DNA of 64,000 bases from Candidatus Saganbacteria bacterium (GCA_016939335.1 JAFGHC010000039.1:2376-66375); one strand, 5' to 3'; counted from the first letter of the stretch, positions 1-13,066 are shown. The notes: generated by a model not told the origin, from the letters alone. Numbers and translations: made by a program.

Positions 1-28
1 TTCGCGGCCTGAAAGTTCGGGTTTAGTT

Positions 29-319
29 TTGGTTGCAGCGGGGATATATGATCTGGCGGAAAAACATCCCGAGCTTAAAAAAGTTCCCCGGCGAAAGGCA
101 AAAAGGCAGTCAAACGTGTTTAATATTGTTTACGCTATACTTAGAGACGCTGGGCAAAAACTGACAGCGAGCGAGATACATAATAGAATATTAAAGAACT
201 ATGCCGGCTGTTCCTGGTCACGGCCAGCAGTCGATCTTGTTTTGACGTCAGCAGAACTTCACCAGGGCAACTTTACGGGAAAAGACGGCCGCTTTTGGTT
301 GTCCGGTAAAAAACGATAG
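29..319 (+). CDS. hypothetical protein with HARE-HTH-like winged-helix segment, possibly 5'-partial
   Basis: ORF starts with TTG at 29; the reading frame is open back to base 2, so the gene may begin upstream of the window. The segment IVYAILRDAGQKLTASEIHNRI resembles a HARE-HTH/winged-helix motif. Confidence 0.35.
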   Translation: MVAAGIYDLAEKHPELKKVPRRKAKRQSNVFNIVYAILRDAGQKLTASEIHNRILKNYAGCSWSRPAVDLVLTSAELHQGNFTGKDGRFWLSGKKR

Positions 320-418
320 TATTTTGGCCTCAAATTTTTTCTTACCGTTCACAATCTGCGCTTCTTCATGCGGATGATGGCGAAGGTCAGGCAGGAGATC
401 GCGGCGGGGGAGTTTTAA

Positions 419-491
419 TGGGCCCTATAGGACTCGAACCTATAACCAATCGGTTATGAGCCGATTGCTCTAACCATTGAGCTAAGGGCCC
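419..491 (-). tRNA. tRNA-Met (anticodon CAT); elongator or tRNA-Ile2-type
   Basis: Reverse complement folds as a cloverleaf: GGGCCCT acceptor stem, TAGCTCAATGGTTAGAGC D-arm, anticodon loop CT-CAT-AA, GGTTCGAGTCC T-arm, discriminator A. G1-C72 is paired so it is not the initiator. CCA is not encoded. Confidence 0.85.
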
Positions 492-542
492 TTTTAACTA
501 AAAACAGATAACTTATAACTGATAACCAAATCTTATCACGCC

Positions 543-571
543 TTGACTGACCAGAGCAAGATAAGTAAGAT
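543..571 (+). promoter_or_regulatory. putative sigma70 promoter for the tRNA-Val pair
   Basis: TTGACT (543-548), 17-nt spacer, TAAGAT (566-571), about 40 nt upstream of the tRNA 5' end. Flanked by imperfect inverted repeats ATAACTTATAACTGATAACC / GGTATAAGTTATCGGTTATAAGTT. Confidence 0.3.
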
Positions 572-611
572 AGTATGGTATAAGTTATCGGTTATAAGTT
601 ATAAGTTAAAA

Positions 612-683
612 GGGCGCGTAGTTTAGTGGTAGAACGCTTCCTTCACACGGAAGAGGTCAGAGGTTCAATCCCTCTCGCGCCCA
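612..683 (+). tRNA. tRNA-Val (anticodon CAC)
   Basis: GGGCGCG acceptor stem pairing with CGCGCCC; anticodon arm CTTCC-TTCACAC-GGAAG; T-arm GGTTCAATCC; discriminator A; no CCA. Confidence 0.85.
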
Positions 684-689
684 GTTTAC

Positions 690-761
690 GGGCACCTAGT
701 TCAGTGGTAGAATGCCTCGCTTACACCGAGGAGGTCGTTGGTTCGATCCCAACGGTGCCCA
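690..761 (+). tRNA. tRNA-Val (anticodon TAC)
   Basis: GGGCACC acceptor stem pairing with GGTGCCC; anticodon arm CCTCG-CTTACAC-CGAGG; T-arm GGTTCGATCC; discriminator A; 6 nt after the previous tRNA. Confidence 0.85.
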
Positions 762-781
762 GTTAAAAGGAGGGAGCGCAA

Positions 782-946
782 ATGGCGGAACAGAAAGCGA
801 AGAACCTCGACGAGCTGATGAAGCAGATCGAGGATTTTGAAAAGACGATCCAGGGTCTCGGCCAGAACGTCGCCGATCTCAAAAAGAAATTGCTCGAGAA
901 TCGCGACAAGTACGGGGCCGATATGACGAAGTGGCCGAAAGAATAA
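782..946 (+). CDS. small hypothetical protein (54 aa, predicted helical)
   Basis: ATG at 782 preceded by the strong SD AAAGGAGGGAG 8 nt upstream. GC-rich third codon positions. Sequence MAEQKAKNLDELMKQIEDFEKTIQGLGQNVADLKKKLLENRDKYGADMTKWPKE; stop TAA at 944-946. Absent from the supplied ORF track because it is under 60 aa. Confidence 0.5.
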   Translation: MAEQKAKNLDELMKQIEDFEKTIQGLGQNVADLKKKLLENRDKYGADMTKWPKE

Positions 947-978
947 AATTCGAATTTCGAAATTCGAATTTCGAAATT

Positions 979-985
<7 letters not shown>
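945..985. repeat. family-1 palindromic repeat (TTCGAA / TTTCGAAA units); probable bidirectional terminator
   Basis: AAAATTCGAATTTCGAAATTCGAATTTCGAAATTTT is a nested palindrome followed by TTTATTT. It sits between the small ORF and the convergent rpoD 3' end. Confidence 0.5.
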
Positions 986-2034
<1,049 letters not shown>

Positions 2035-2067
2035 GCGATCCCTCCCAAGTAGTTATCGGGCCGTTAG

Positions 2068-3813
2068 TCAGTAAATTTCATTTTTCAGGGCCGCGATCAA
2101 TTCCCGGATCTTCGGCCCGTCCCGGCGCTGTTCGGCTTCTTTCAGCTCCTGCTTGAGCGCCTCGATCCGGCGGCGGGCGCCGTCGTTCTTGATCACGGCG
2201 ATGCAGTCGCGCAACAGCTCGGCCGGGTTGCCCAGCTGCTCGCCCAAAAGCGCGCCGGTCAGATAACGCTGGTCGGCCTCGTCGGTCAGCCTGGCCAGGA
2301 CCTGATGCGAGAGCTCGGCCGATTCGTCCAGCGCCCCGTTGAACAGGACCGCGGCGATCCGGCCCGCCTCCGGGCCGGTAAAGTCCTGGACGGTCAGCTC
2401 CCGCTTCAGTTCCGTCGCTATCCCCGGGACGGCGGCCGCCAGCGCCAGCAGCTGCTTCTCGGCCGCCGCGCGCCGCGAACCGGGCTTCTCCGTGACGCGG
2501 CGCAGGTCCTTTTCGTTGCCGCGGTCGTAATAGCTTTGCCGCTTGACTTCGGTCAGGACGGTTTCCGGCTCGACCTTAAGCCGGGCGGCGACGCTGCGGG
2601 CGTACTCCTGCCGGGCGAAATCGTCCGGCTCCCCGCCCAGCACCCGGGCGGTCTCGCGCAACGCCTGCGAGCGGCCCTCGATCTCGTCGAGCCGGAAGCG
2701 CGCCAGCACACGGCGCAGCTTGAATTCCAGATAGGGCAGGGCCTGTGCGACCGCCTGGTCGAACGCGCCGGCCCCCTGTTTTTTGATCAGTTCATCGGGG
2801 TCCTTGGCGCCGGTCCAGACGGCGATCCTGGCTTTCAAGCCCTGGCTGCGGATGATCTCGGCGGAGCGCTCGGCGGCGGCTTCCCCGGCGGCATCGGCAT
2901 CAAAGGCCAACACCAGTGTATCGGCGAAACGGCCGAGCAACTTGCACTGGGCGGCCGTCAGCGCCGTGCCGAGCGGCGCGGTGACGTTCAGTCTGCCGCC
3001 CTGATGGACCGAGACCGTATCGAGATTCCCTTCGACCAGCACGGCGGTCTTTTCTTTTTTGACCGCCTCCCTGGCCAGGTTCAGCCCGAAGAGGGTTTCG
3101 CCTTTCTGGTAGACCGGCGTTTCGGGCGAGTTCAAGTATTTCGGCTCGCTGTCGTCGAGCGCGCGGCCGCTGAAGGCGATCACCCGGCCGCGCAGGTCGC
3201 AGACCGGGAAGATCAGCCGGTGGCGGAAACGGTCATAATAGCCGTCCTGGTTTTCCCGCGCCAGGACCAGCCCGGCGCGTTCGATCACCGCCGGGGCGAC
3301 CCCGCGGCCGATCAAATGCTTGAAAAGGCTGTCCCAGGAGTGCGGCGCGTAACCGAGGCCGAAAGTTTTGGCCGCCGCTTCATTGACCCCGCGGCCGGCC
3401 AGATAGTCGCGGGCGGGCCGGCCCGCTTCGGCCTCAAAGGCCGCCCGGAAGAACCTGGCCGCCAGCAGCATTGTCGAATAAAGCCTTTCTTTTTCCGACG
3501 TGGAAACGCCGGAGGAAGCAAGGGGCTGGCTGACCTTGACGCCGAGCTTCTCGCCCAGCTCGGCCGCCGCCTCGGCGAAACTGATCCCCTCGATCTTCAT
3601 CAGGAAGGAGAAGACGTTCCCCCCCTCGCCGCAGCCGAAACAATGGAAAAGCTGTTTCTCCTGGGAGACCGTGAACGAAGCGGTCTTCTCCGAATGGAAC
3701 GGGCAGAGGCCGAGGTAGCTCCTACCGCGCTTCTTGAGCGGGACGTATTCGGAAATTACCTGGACGATGTCCGATCTATTTCTAATATCTTCTATTAATT
3801 CTCGAGGTATCAT
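2068..3813 (-). CDS. dnaG: DNA primase
   Basis: Zinc-ribbon motif CPFHSEKTASF and a TOPRIM region; classic dnaG-rpoD arrangement. The track ORF runs to 3927 (TTG/CTG-type start), but the first 38 codons are a translation of the family-1 repeat. ATG at 3813 (MIPRELIEDIRNRSDIVQVISEYV) matches primase N-termini. Confidence 0.85.
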   Translation of the reverse strand: MIPRELIEDIRNRSDIVQVISEYVPLKKRGRSYLGLCPFHSEKTASFTVSQEKQLFHCFGCGEGGNVFSFLMKIEGISFAEAAAELGEKLGVKVSQPLASSGVSTSEKERLYSTMLLAARFFRAAFEAEAGRPARDYLAGRGVNEAAAKTFGLGYAPHSWDSLFKHLIGRGVAPAVIERAGLVLARENQDGYYDRFRHRLIFPVCDLRGRVIAFSGRALDDSEPKYLNSPETPVYQKGETLFGLNLAREAVKKEKTAVLVEGNLDTVSVHQGGRLNVTAPLGTALTAAQCKLLGRFADTLVLAFDADAAGEAAAERSAEIIRSQGLKARIAVWTGAKDPDELIKKQGAGAFDQAVAQALPYLEFKLRRVLARFRLDEIEGRSQALRETARVLGGEPDDFARQEYARSVAARLKVEPETVLTEVKRQSYYDRGNEKDLRRVTEKPGSRRAAAEKQLLALAAAVPGIATELKRELTVQDFTGPEAGRIAAVLFNGALDESAELSHQVLARLTDEADQRYLTGALLGEQLGNPAELLRDCIAVIKNDGARRRIEALKQELKEAEQRRDGPKIRELIAALKNEIY

Positions 3814-3820
3814 CTTTATT

Positions 3821-3910
3821 AAATCCGAATATCGAATTTCGAAATCCGAAACAAGTTCGAAATTCGAATTTATAATTTCCTTCGAATTTCGTGTTTCGGA
3901 TTTCGAATTT
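3821..3910. repeat. family-1 palindromic repeat (AATCCGAATATCGAATTTCGAAATCCGAAA ... TTCGAATTTCGTGTTTCGGATTTCGAATTT)
   Basis: Left arm AATCCGAAATCGAA, core TTCGAAATTCGAATTT..CCTTCGAATTTCG and right arm TTTCGGATTT are shared with copies at 33522, 34561 and 36153; the arms are reverse complements. Confidence 0.7.
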
Positions 3911-4903
3911 ACCCGGCCTGCCTCCACTCGTTAGGCACAAAAAGCTCCTGGAATTTCATGATGGCGTAGCGGTCGGTCATGCCGGCGATGAAATCAACCG
4001 TGTGCTGGAGCTGGTCATCCTGTTTGATGCCGTTCTGGAACGATTCGTCATAGTGATAGTGGCGGAAGAGCTGGGTGAGCAGTTCGGGGACCTTGGCCTC
4101 TTCGCTTTTGGCCGCCGGATTGGTGTAGACTTTCTCGTACATAAAGTCATAGAGCCCGTCCATGGCCGTCCGCGCCCGCTTGTCCATTTTGATCTCCGCC
4201 TGGTCCAGGCTGCTGTTGATGATGCTGGAGACCAGGACGTCGAGAATGTTGTGCCCGAGCGCCTTCATGTATTTGCCCGGTAGCTGCTTTTCCGTCAGCA
4301 CGCCGGCCCGGACCGCGTCCTCGATGTCGTGGCGCAGGTAAGCCAGCCGGTCGGCCAGCCGGACGATCTGGCCCTCGAGCGTCGCCGGCTGGGGATCGTC
4401 GGGCGTATGGTTGCGGACGCCGTCGATCACCTCGGCGCAGAGATTGAGCCCCTGGCCGTCGCGTTCGATCACTTCGACCACGCGCACGCTCTGCTCGTTA
4501 TGGAAAAAACGCCGGCCGTAGTTGGTCTTTAAAATATCGTCAAGGACGAACTCGCCGGCGTGGCCGAACGGCGTGTGGCCGAGGTCGTGCCCCAGGGCGA
4601 TCGCTTCGGTCAGGTCCTCATTGAGCCGCAGCGCGCGCGCGATGGTGCGGGCGATCTGGGAGACCTCGAGCGTGTGGGTCAGCCGCGTGCGGAAATGGTC
4701 CTTCACCGGCGAGATGAAAACCTGCGTCTTGTGCTTCAGGCGCCGGAAAGCCTTGCAATGGATGATCTTGTCGCGGTCGCGCTGGAAAGCGGTGCGGAAC
4801 TCGTCTTCCCGCTCCGGCCGCCGGCGGCCGCGGCTGTTCGCCGCCAGGGCCGCGTGGGGCGACAAAAATCGGGCTTCACGCTCTTCTATTTCCCGCCGAA
4901 TGA

Positions 4904-4907
<4 letters not shown>
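3909..4907 (-). CDS. dGTPase-like HD-domain phosphohydrolase
   Basis: HD motif HTLEVSQIARTIARAL...GHDLGHTPFGHAGE. Start overlaps the ppdK stop in an ATGA-type junction. Confidence 0.75.
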
Positions 4908-7648
<2,741 letters not shown>

Positions 7649-7755
7649 TGCCTTTTTCCTCCCTTTCCTTCTTTGTCGCGAGTCAGCGAGCCGCGGGTCG
7701 CGAGTCTTTTCGACCCGTGACTCGTAGACCCGCGACCCGTTGACTTGTAAAAAAA

Positions 7756-7828
7756 TGGAGCTGATGGGAGTTGAACCCACGACCTCTTGACTGCCAGTCA
7801 AGCGCTCTCCCAACTGAGCTACAGCCCC
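7756..7828 (-). tRNA. tRNA-Ala (anticodon GGC)
   Basis: Reverse complement GGGGCTGTAGCTCAGTTGGGAGAGCGCTTGACTGGCAGTCAAGAGGTCGTGGGTTCAACTCCCATCAGCTCCA; G3:U70 alanine identity pair; anticodon loop CT-GGC-AG. Confidence 0.85.
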
Positions 7829-7922
7829 ACACCCGCCTGCGGCGGTAAATTCAAAGTTCAAATTTCAGGGCCCCAAACAAATCAAAGATCACAGGCACAA
7901 ACATAACATTATAACACTTCTG

Positions 7923-8306
7923 TCAGTAATGATAGACGACCGCTTCTTTGCCCCAGAGCTCCTCCAGCTTGTAATATGCGCGTTCCTCTTCTTTTAAGAG
8001 ATGAACGACGATCGAACCAAGGTCAAGGATCAGCCAGCCAGAACCGGGCAGCCCCTCCCAGCGAAAATCCTTGAACCCATTCGCCCGCAGCCGCGCCTCG
8101 ATCTCTTTGGCGATCGCCCGCAGCTGCGGCTGCGAATCGGCGCCGCAGATCACCAGATAGTCGAGCAGCGCTGAACTTTGCCTGACGTCCAGGATCTTCA
8201 GGTCGAGCGCCTTTTTGCTCTCGGCCGCCCGGACGATCAGCTCCAGCGCAGCGGGCGCTTTTTTCCCGCCGGAGGCGGACCCGTCTTTGGCGGACTTCCT
8301 GGCCAC
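7923..8306 (-). CDS. rsfS: ribosomal silencing factor RsfS (Iojap family)
   Basis: 127 aa; segment LDYLVICGADSQPQLRAIAKEI...WLILDLGSIVVHLL is typical of RsfS. Confidence 0.8.
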   Translation of the reverse strand: MARKSAKDGSASGGKKAPAALELIVRAAESKKALDLKILDVRQSSALLDYLVICGADSQPQLRAIAKEIEARLRANGFKDFRWEGLPGSGWLILDLGSIVVHLLKEEERAYYKLEELWGKEAVVYHY

Positions 8307-8309
8307 TGA

Positions 8310-9194
8310 TCAGTTGGACGCCGCCAGCGTCCGGCTGGTCAGGTACAGGTCGGTGATACGCGCGATGTCCGCTTCGTTCGGTTTGTAATAATAGATCCCG
8401 TCGACCATCAGGTCGCTGCCGGGGAGCGTCGTCATGCTGATCTGGCCGAGCTCGCTGGCCGAACGCAGGGCCAGCGCCAGGCCGAGGATCTCCCGGGAAT
8501 TCAGGTTGGTGTTGATGCAGCTGACCATCGAAAGGAAGAGGGAAGGGGACTTGATCAGGTTCTCGCGCTTGATCATCTCGGCGGCCAGGTCGCGCAGGAA
8601 GTTTTGCTGCCGGCCGATCCGGGCGAAATCGTTGTCGGTGTGGCGGAAACGCAGGTAGCCCAAGGCCTGGCGGCCGTTGAGCTTTTGCAGGCCCGGCTGC
8701 AGGTCGATGTCGAGCCCGCCGGCGTAGTCGACGTAATACATCCTTTTTTCCACGTTGACCGTGATGCCGCCGAGCTTGTCGACGATCTTTTCGACCTCCG
8801 AGAGGTCGACGGTGATGTCATAGGGGATGGCGACGTGCAGCAGCTCTTCGGCGGTGCGGCGGGCGAGCTCACTGCCGCCGAAGGCGTAAGCGGCGTTGAT
8901 CTTATTAAGGCCGCGGTCCGGGATGATGACGACCGTGTCGCGCGGGATCGAAACGACCGCGGCCGATTTCTTGTCGGGATTGACGTGCAGGACCATGATC
9001 GTGTCCGACAGGCGGCCGCCGGTGTTATCGACGCCCAGGACGAGGAGGTTGGTCTCGCCGATGATCGGCAGCGACGGCGTCAGGCTCAGGAAGACGTCGA
9101 AAAGCGCCAGCCGGGCCGCCAGGCTGACGGTAAAGCCGACGAACGCCGCCAGGCAGATGAGGAACACCATGGTAACGATCAAAAACTTTTTCAT
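8310..9194 (-). CDS. LytR/CpsA/Psr (LCP) family cell-envelope phosphotransferase
   Basis: N-terminal TM segment, then VLGVDNTGGRLSDTIMVLHVNPDKKSAAVVSIPRDTVV, the LCP signature. Confidence 0.75.
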   Translation of the reverse strand: MKKFLIVTMVFLICLAAFVGFTVSLAARLALFDVFLSLTPSLPIIGETNLLVLGVDNTGGRLSDTIMVLHVNPDKKSAAVVSIPRDTVVIIPDRGLNKINAAYAFGGSELARRTAEELLHVAIPYDITVDLSEVEKIVDKLGGITVNVEKRMYYVDYAGGLDIDLQPGLQKLNGRQALGYLRFRHTDNDFARIGRQQNFLRDLAAEMIKRENLIKSPSLFLSMVSCINTNLNSREILGLALALRSASELGQISMTTLPGSDLMVDGIYYYKPNEADIARITDLYLTSRTLAASN

Positions 9195-9778
9195 AGTTTT
9201 GCCGAACCCCGCCTGCCGGCAGGCAGGTAATAGTTGCGCGTGACGACCGTCGGCGGATAGATCGGCCGCCCCTGTTTGACCAGGAACCGGATCATGGCCG
9301 AGGCCGATTCATAAATTGCCCTGTCGAGGTCGCGGAACGCCAGCCGCCGCAGTTTGTCTACCCCCGTAAAAGCCCGCCCTTCCTCGATGTGGTCGGCCAG
9401 GTAGATGATCTTGTCGAGCTTGGTCATCCCCGGCGCCCCCGTCGTGTGGCGGCGGATCGCGTTCAGGACGCCGGCCGACCTGACGCCGAACTCGCGCCGC
9501 GCCAGCCAGGCGCCGATCTCGCCGTGAAAGAGCTTGGGTTCGAATTTCCTGATGGGATCGATCAGCAGGCCGAGCCGCCGGGCCTTTTGCAAAAGCTCTT
9601 TCCGGTCATAGCGCCGCGCGCAGTCATGAAGCAGGGCCGCCAGCGACGCTTTTTTCTGGCCGACCCCGAACTTTTTTGCCAGGGCCAGGGCGATCTTTTC
9701 CGCTCTCAGACTGTGTGTGAACCGCTCGCGACCGAGTTCGGCCTCAAGTTTTTCGACGATCTCTTTTCGTTCCAGCAT
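9191..9778 (-). CDS. yqeK: HD-domain bis(5'-nucleosyl)-tetraphosphatase YqeK
   Basis: HSLRAEKIALALAKKFGV...LLHDCARRY HD motif; about 195 aa. Confidence 0.75.
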   Translation of the reverse strand: MLERKEIVEKLEAELGRERFTHSLRAEKIALALAKKFGVGQKKASLAALLHDCARRYDRKELLQKARRLGLLIDPIRKFEPKLFHGEIGAWLARREFGVRSAGVLNAIRRHTTGAPGMTKLDKIIYLADHIEEGRAFTGVDKLRRLAFRDLDRAIYESASAMIRFLVKQGRPIYPPTVVTRNYYLPAGRRGSAKL

Positions 9779-9800
9779 TAAGTTTTAGAGCGCTTTCAGG

Positions 9801-9847
9801 CCAAAAAAATACCAAGGCGGCAAAGACGGCCCGGCCTTGGTTTTTCG
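9801..9847 (-). terminator. rho-independent terminator (also reads as a hairpin plus T-run on the + strand)
   Basis: Stem CCAAGGC...GCCTTGG (9813-9840). On the minus strand it is followed by TATTTTTTTGG (complement of 9801-9810); on the plus strand it is followed by TTTTTCG. It lies downstream of the minus-strand oxidoreductase/radical-SAM operon. Confidence 0.6.
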
Positions 9848-9888
9848 CGAAAGGGTTTACAAAAAGCGCGTCCTCATCGAATGATTGA

Positions 9889-10752
9889 TTATAACTTTGA
9901 CGGCCGGAGTTTGTCAAGAGCGAAAGCAACTTCGAGCGCGCAGTCAACATTGGACGGGCCGCCTTGGGCGATCATTTGATAAAAAGCTTCGGCGGCCTGA
10001 GCAAGGTTGTCCTGTTCGCCGGGAGCGGAAAACATGTCGTATCCGGCGGCCCCCCGGCTGCCGTAAATTTCTATTTTTCTGGTTTTGTCCGGGCTGTGCA
10101 AGTTTAGGATCATCAGGCCGTTAAATGGCAGGGAATTATGCGTGAAGAAGATCAGTCCGCTTTCGGCGACGCCTTTTTGGGTTGAGGTGTCACTGCTGCT
10201 GAAGGAAAATTCATGGAGCGGGGCAAGCATGTTCAGTATGCTCAACATATGGCTGCCCAGGGTCAAATACACTCCTTCGGGTTTGAGCCGCCCGGGCTGG
10301 CCCATCTCAAAAGAGGCCGAAACCAGGCTGCCGATCTGTCCCGACCGGGCGGCCGCTACCATGTTCCTGACGCCCCGGGAAAAGGTAAAAGTAAAATCGA
10401 CCATGATCTTGAGCCCTTGCGAATCAGCTAAGACTTTCAGGCGCTCGGCTTCGGCGGCAGTTTCGGTGAAAGTTTTCTCGCAGAAAAGATGCTTGCCCGC
10501 GGCCAGAACTTTGCCGGCCAGCTCAAAGTGTGTCGCGACGGGGGTTGCGACGATGACGGCCTGAATATTCCTGTCTGTCAGGACATCTTCGGCCGTGGTC
10601 AGCCTGATCGCTGCTTTGCCCCGCTCTTTGGCCGCGTCCCGGACCGCGACCTTGGTCAGCTCAAAGCCGGGATGGGAGGTAAAATAGCGGTGGAGCTTTT
10701 GCCCCCAGTAACCGTAGCCGATCTGGCCGAGCCTGATCCGTTCGCCGGTCAT
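9889..10752 (-). CDS. Gfo/Idh/MocA family NAD(P)-dependent oxidoreductase
   Basis: N-terminal Rossmann signature MTGERIRLGQIGYGYWG. ATG at 10752 overlaps the stop of the upstream radical-SAM gene. The track extension to 10848 is an overlap artefact. Confidence 0.75.
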   Translation of the reverse strand: MTGERIRLGQIGYGYWGQKLHRYFTSHPGFELTKVAVRDAAKERGKAAIRLTTAEDVLTDRNIQAVIVATPVATHFELAGKVLAAGKHLFCEKTFTETAAEAERLKVLADSQGLKIMVDFTFTFSRGVRNMVAAARSGQIGSLVSASFEMGQPGRLKPEGVYLTLGSHMLSILNMLAPLHEFSFSSSDTSTQKGVAESGLIFFTHNSLPFNGLMILNLHSPDKTRKIEIYGSRGAAGYDMFSAPGEQDNLAQAAEAFYQMIAQGGPSNVDCALEVAFALDKLRPSKL

Positions 10753-11909
10753 GGTTTCACTTCCCCGGCCGGATAAAAACGCCGGTCGAATTCCCGGTTG
10801 ATCTCGATCGAGGCCCGGTTGCATCTGGCCCCGAGAGGCAGACAGCATTTTTGAGGATCAAAGCCCTCCTGCTGGTTTTTGCGGATCAAGGCGTAGAACT
10901 CATCAAGGTTGTCGGTGACCGGGCCGAGCTGGTGCCCCCGGAAGCCGGGATGGGCGACCGCGGAGCAGCGGTAAAAAAAGCCGTCGGCCCCGAGATTGAT
11001 CATATAATACCCGTAAAAACAGTGACGGAAATCGATGCTGGCCACGTCCTGCTTTTCGGGCGGCATGATGAAAACGCGGGTCCCGGTTTCATCGTCTTTG
11101 GTCAGGAACGGCGAGACGACCGGCCAGTATTTTTCATAGAAGGGCGCCTCGACCTGCTTTTTGTGCTCCAGGCACGCGTCAAGCGACGAGCCGTAAGGAG
11201 CGTAGGGAGCCGCGAACCTGACCGAGTCGACCTCGACCGATCTCATCAGCGCGACGAATTTCTCCAGTTCCGAAGGGTCGCTGTTAAAATCGTTAAGGAG
11301 ATAAGTTATCCTGACGGACAGGGCCGGCTTGGGCGCTTGCTGTCTGACTTGCTGCAGTATTTTTAACCCGGCGATGACCGCGTCATAATAGCCGGGCGGC
11401 GCTCTTTTGACCCGGGCGAATGATTCCGGACTGCAGGCGTCGATCGCCACGGTCACATAATCTTCTGGCGAAGAGGCGGCTGCGTGCAGCCTGGTCAGGA
11501 AGCCGTTCTTTTTTTCCAGCGCGCCGAGCAGCGTCCCGTTCGTATGCAGGCCGAAGCTAGCGCCCGAAGATTTGACGAGCTCAACCAGGTCGATCAGCTT
11601 GTGGTTCAAGGTCGGTTCCGTATAGGCTCCCGAGAGAACGAAGAGCGGGATCGCTCCCTTTAATTTAGCGATCAAAGAAGAGATCTTGTCGTAGAAAGGC
11701 ACGACCTCCTGCACGAGGTTCTGGCCCTGGCAGTGAACGCAATTAACGTTGCAGCGCTTGCCCTGGTCGTTGGAAAGATGTATCTCCAATTGCCGGGGGA
11801 GCGTCATTGCCCCGTCAAACGGCCGGAAGGCCGCGCCGCGCTGTCGCGCCAGATGCCTGGTCAATAATTGGGAGTATTTGTTGGCTTCAGGTATCAGGTT
11901 TGATCTCAT
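10749..11909 (-). CDS. radical SAM enzyme (sugar-modifying type context)
   Basis: CNVNCVHCQGQ is a CX3CX2C motif; 386 aa; embedded between the oxidoreductase and nucleotidyltransferase genes. Confidence 0.7.
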   Translation of the reverse strand: MRSNLIPEANKYSQLLTRHLARQRGAAFRPFDGAMTLPRQLEIHLSNDQGKRCNVNCVHCQGQNLVQEVVPFYDKISSLIAKLKGAIPLFVLSGAYTEPTLNHKLIDLVELVKSSGASFGLHTNGTLLGALEKKNGFLTRLHAAASSPEDYVTVAIDACSPESFARVKRAPPGYYDAVIAGLKILQQVRQQAPKPALSVRITYLLNDFNSDPSELEKFVALMRSVEVDSVRFAAPYAPYGSSLDACLEHKKQVEAPFYEKYWPVVSPFLTKDDETGTRVFIMPPEKQDVASIDFRHCFYGYYMINLGADGFFYRCSAVAHPGFRGHQLGPVTDNLDEFYALIRKNQQEGFDPQKCCLPLGARCNRASIEINREFDRRFYPAGEVKP

Positions 11910-13066
11910 AAAATATTTCTGCGGATCGTTGCGCTGCCGTTGTGCACTATGATCTGGTCAGCCGCGTCCTGTTCCAGCCGGCCGCTGCCGGCGGCGCAAT
12001 TGGTGACCGAGACCCCCGCCCCGACGCTGAAATATTCCGGATGGGAAAGCAGCCCTGCGTCCGCCGGCCAGAGTACCGAACGGGTGATCCGTGAATTGGC
12101 TCCCACCGTCCAGCCCGAACCGATCACCGCATACGGGCCCAAGAGACTGCCCGCTCCGATGTCGCAATTGTTGCCAATAACGCTCGGGCCGGCGATCCGG
12201 TGGTTGCCGATCCGGTAAGTCCGGCCGGCTGGATAAAAATCGCCAAGGCAGGGGAAGGCCAGCCTTTTCTCCAGCGCCAGCCGCTGGGCGTTCAAATAAT
12301 AGTCCGGCTCGCCGATGTCCGACCAAAGATCGTCAGTGGCGTAGCCCATGAATTTGGCGGCCCGGCTGCCGGCCAGCCAGGGGAAAATGTCCGCGCTAAG
12401 GTCGAGCGGTCGTTCGCCGAACTTATCCCTGACCAGATCGAAAAAATCGGTCTCGAAAAAATAAACTGAAGAGTTCCTGTGCGAACTCAAGGCCAGGGCC
12501 TCCGCCTGCGCCAGCTTGTGGCGGTAATCAATAACACGCCCGCTCTTTTGTCCCGGATTTTCCAGGGCGATTGGCGAACAGCTTCTGATGTCATCGGTGA
12601 TGGGGGTGGAGGCAATGGTAGCCGTTGCGTTTTCCCCCTGGTGATACTCCAGGATGGGGCGGGGATCGATATTGGAAACGATGTCCCCGCTCAAGACCAC
12701 GACGCTCCCCCTGAATCCTTTTGCCATCTCTTCCTCGGCCATTCTCTTTATGTCCCAAAAAGGGTTGGACCTTATGTCCCGGCGGATGACAACTTCCGCC
12801 GGCCCGGCGCTGGGCAGGTGCCGCGCGAACGCGTCGTGCCATTTCCCCGCGATGATGAATATTTTGTCGACCCCCAGGGAGTTCATCATCTTGAGCGACG
12901 AAGAGATCATCGGGCAATTCGTGACCGGAGCGAGGGGTTTTGGCCGGGCATTGATATTGAAATGGTCCGGGGGCAGTTTCTTTTCCAGGCTTACACTGTT
13001 GGGCTTGTCCAACGTTAAAGGATAAAGCCTCGACCCGTGGCCCGCGGCAAGGATAAAACCTATCAT
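11906..13066 (-). CDS. sugar-phosphate nucleotidyltransferase fused to a left-handed beta-helix (LbH) acyltransferase-like domain
   Basis: N-terminus MIGFILAAGHGSRLYPLT matches the RmlA/GlmU-type nucleotidyltransferase G-loop. The C-terminus carries hexapeptide repeats (VIGNNCDIGAGSLLGPYAVIGSGWTVGANSRI). Confidence 0.7.
   Translation of the reverse strand: MIGFILAAGHGSRLYPLTLDKPNSVSLEKKLPPDHFNINARPKPLAPVTNCPMISSSLKMMNSLGVDKIFIIAGKWHDAFARHLPSAGPAEVVIRRDIRSNPFWDIKRMAEEEMAKGFRGSVVVLSGDIVSNIDPRPILEYHQGENATATIASTPITDDIRSCSPIALENPGQKSGRVIDYRHKLAQAEALALSSHRNSSVYFFETDFFDLVRDKFGERPLDLSADIFPWLAGSRAAKFMGYATDDLWSDIGEPDYYLNAQRLALEKRLAFPCLGDFYPAGRTYRIGNHRIAGPSVIGNNCDIGAGSLLGPYAVIGSGWTVGANSRITRSVLWPADAGLLSHPEYFSVGAGVSVTNCAAGSGRLEQDAADQIIVHNGSATIRRNIL

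Noticed and set aside
2305-3798. Long antisense ORFs inside dnaG, ppdK, the histidine kinase, glmM, gltX and others (e.g. 2305-3798, 5978-7720, 14762-16495, 18000-19649, 27672-28535)
   Set aside because: High-GC genomes yield long stop-free antisense frames. These have Arg/Ala/Gly/Pro-dominated composition, no motifs, and overlap clearly homologous genes on the other strand.
7649-7861. ORF-track extension of ppdK by 71 codons across tRNA-Ala
   Set aside because: The extension starts at a TTG and runs antisense through a well-formed tRNA-Ala (G3:U70). The conserved PPDK N-terminus begins at the ATG at 7648, which has a GGAGG upstream. It is a long-ORF artefact.
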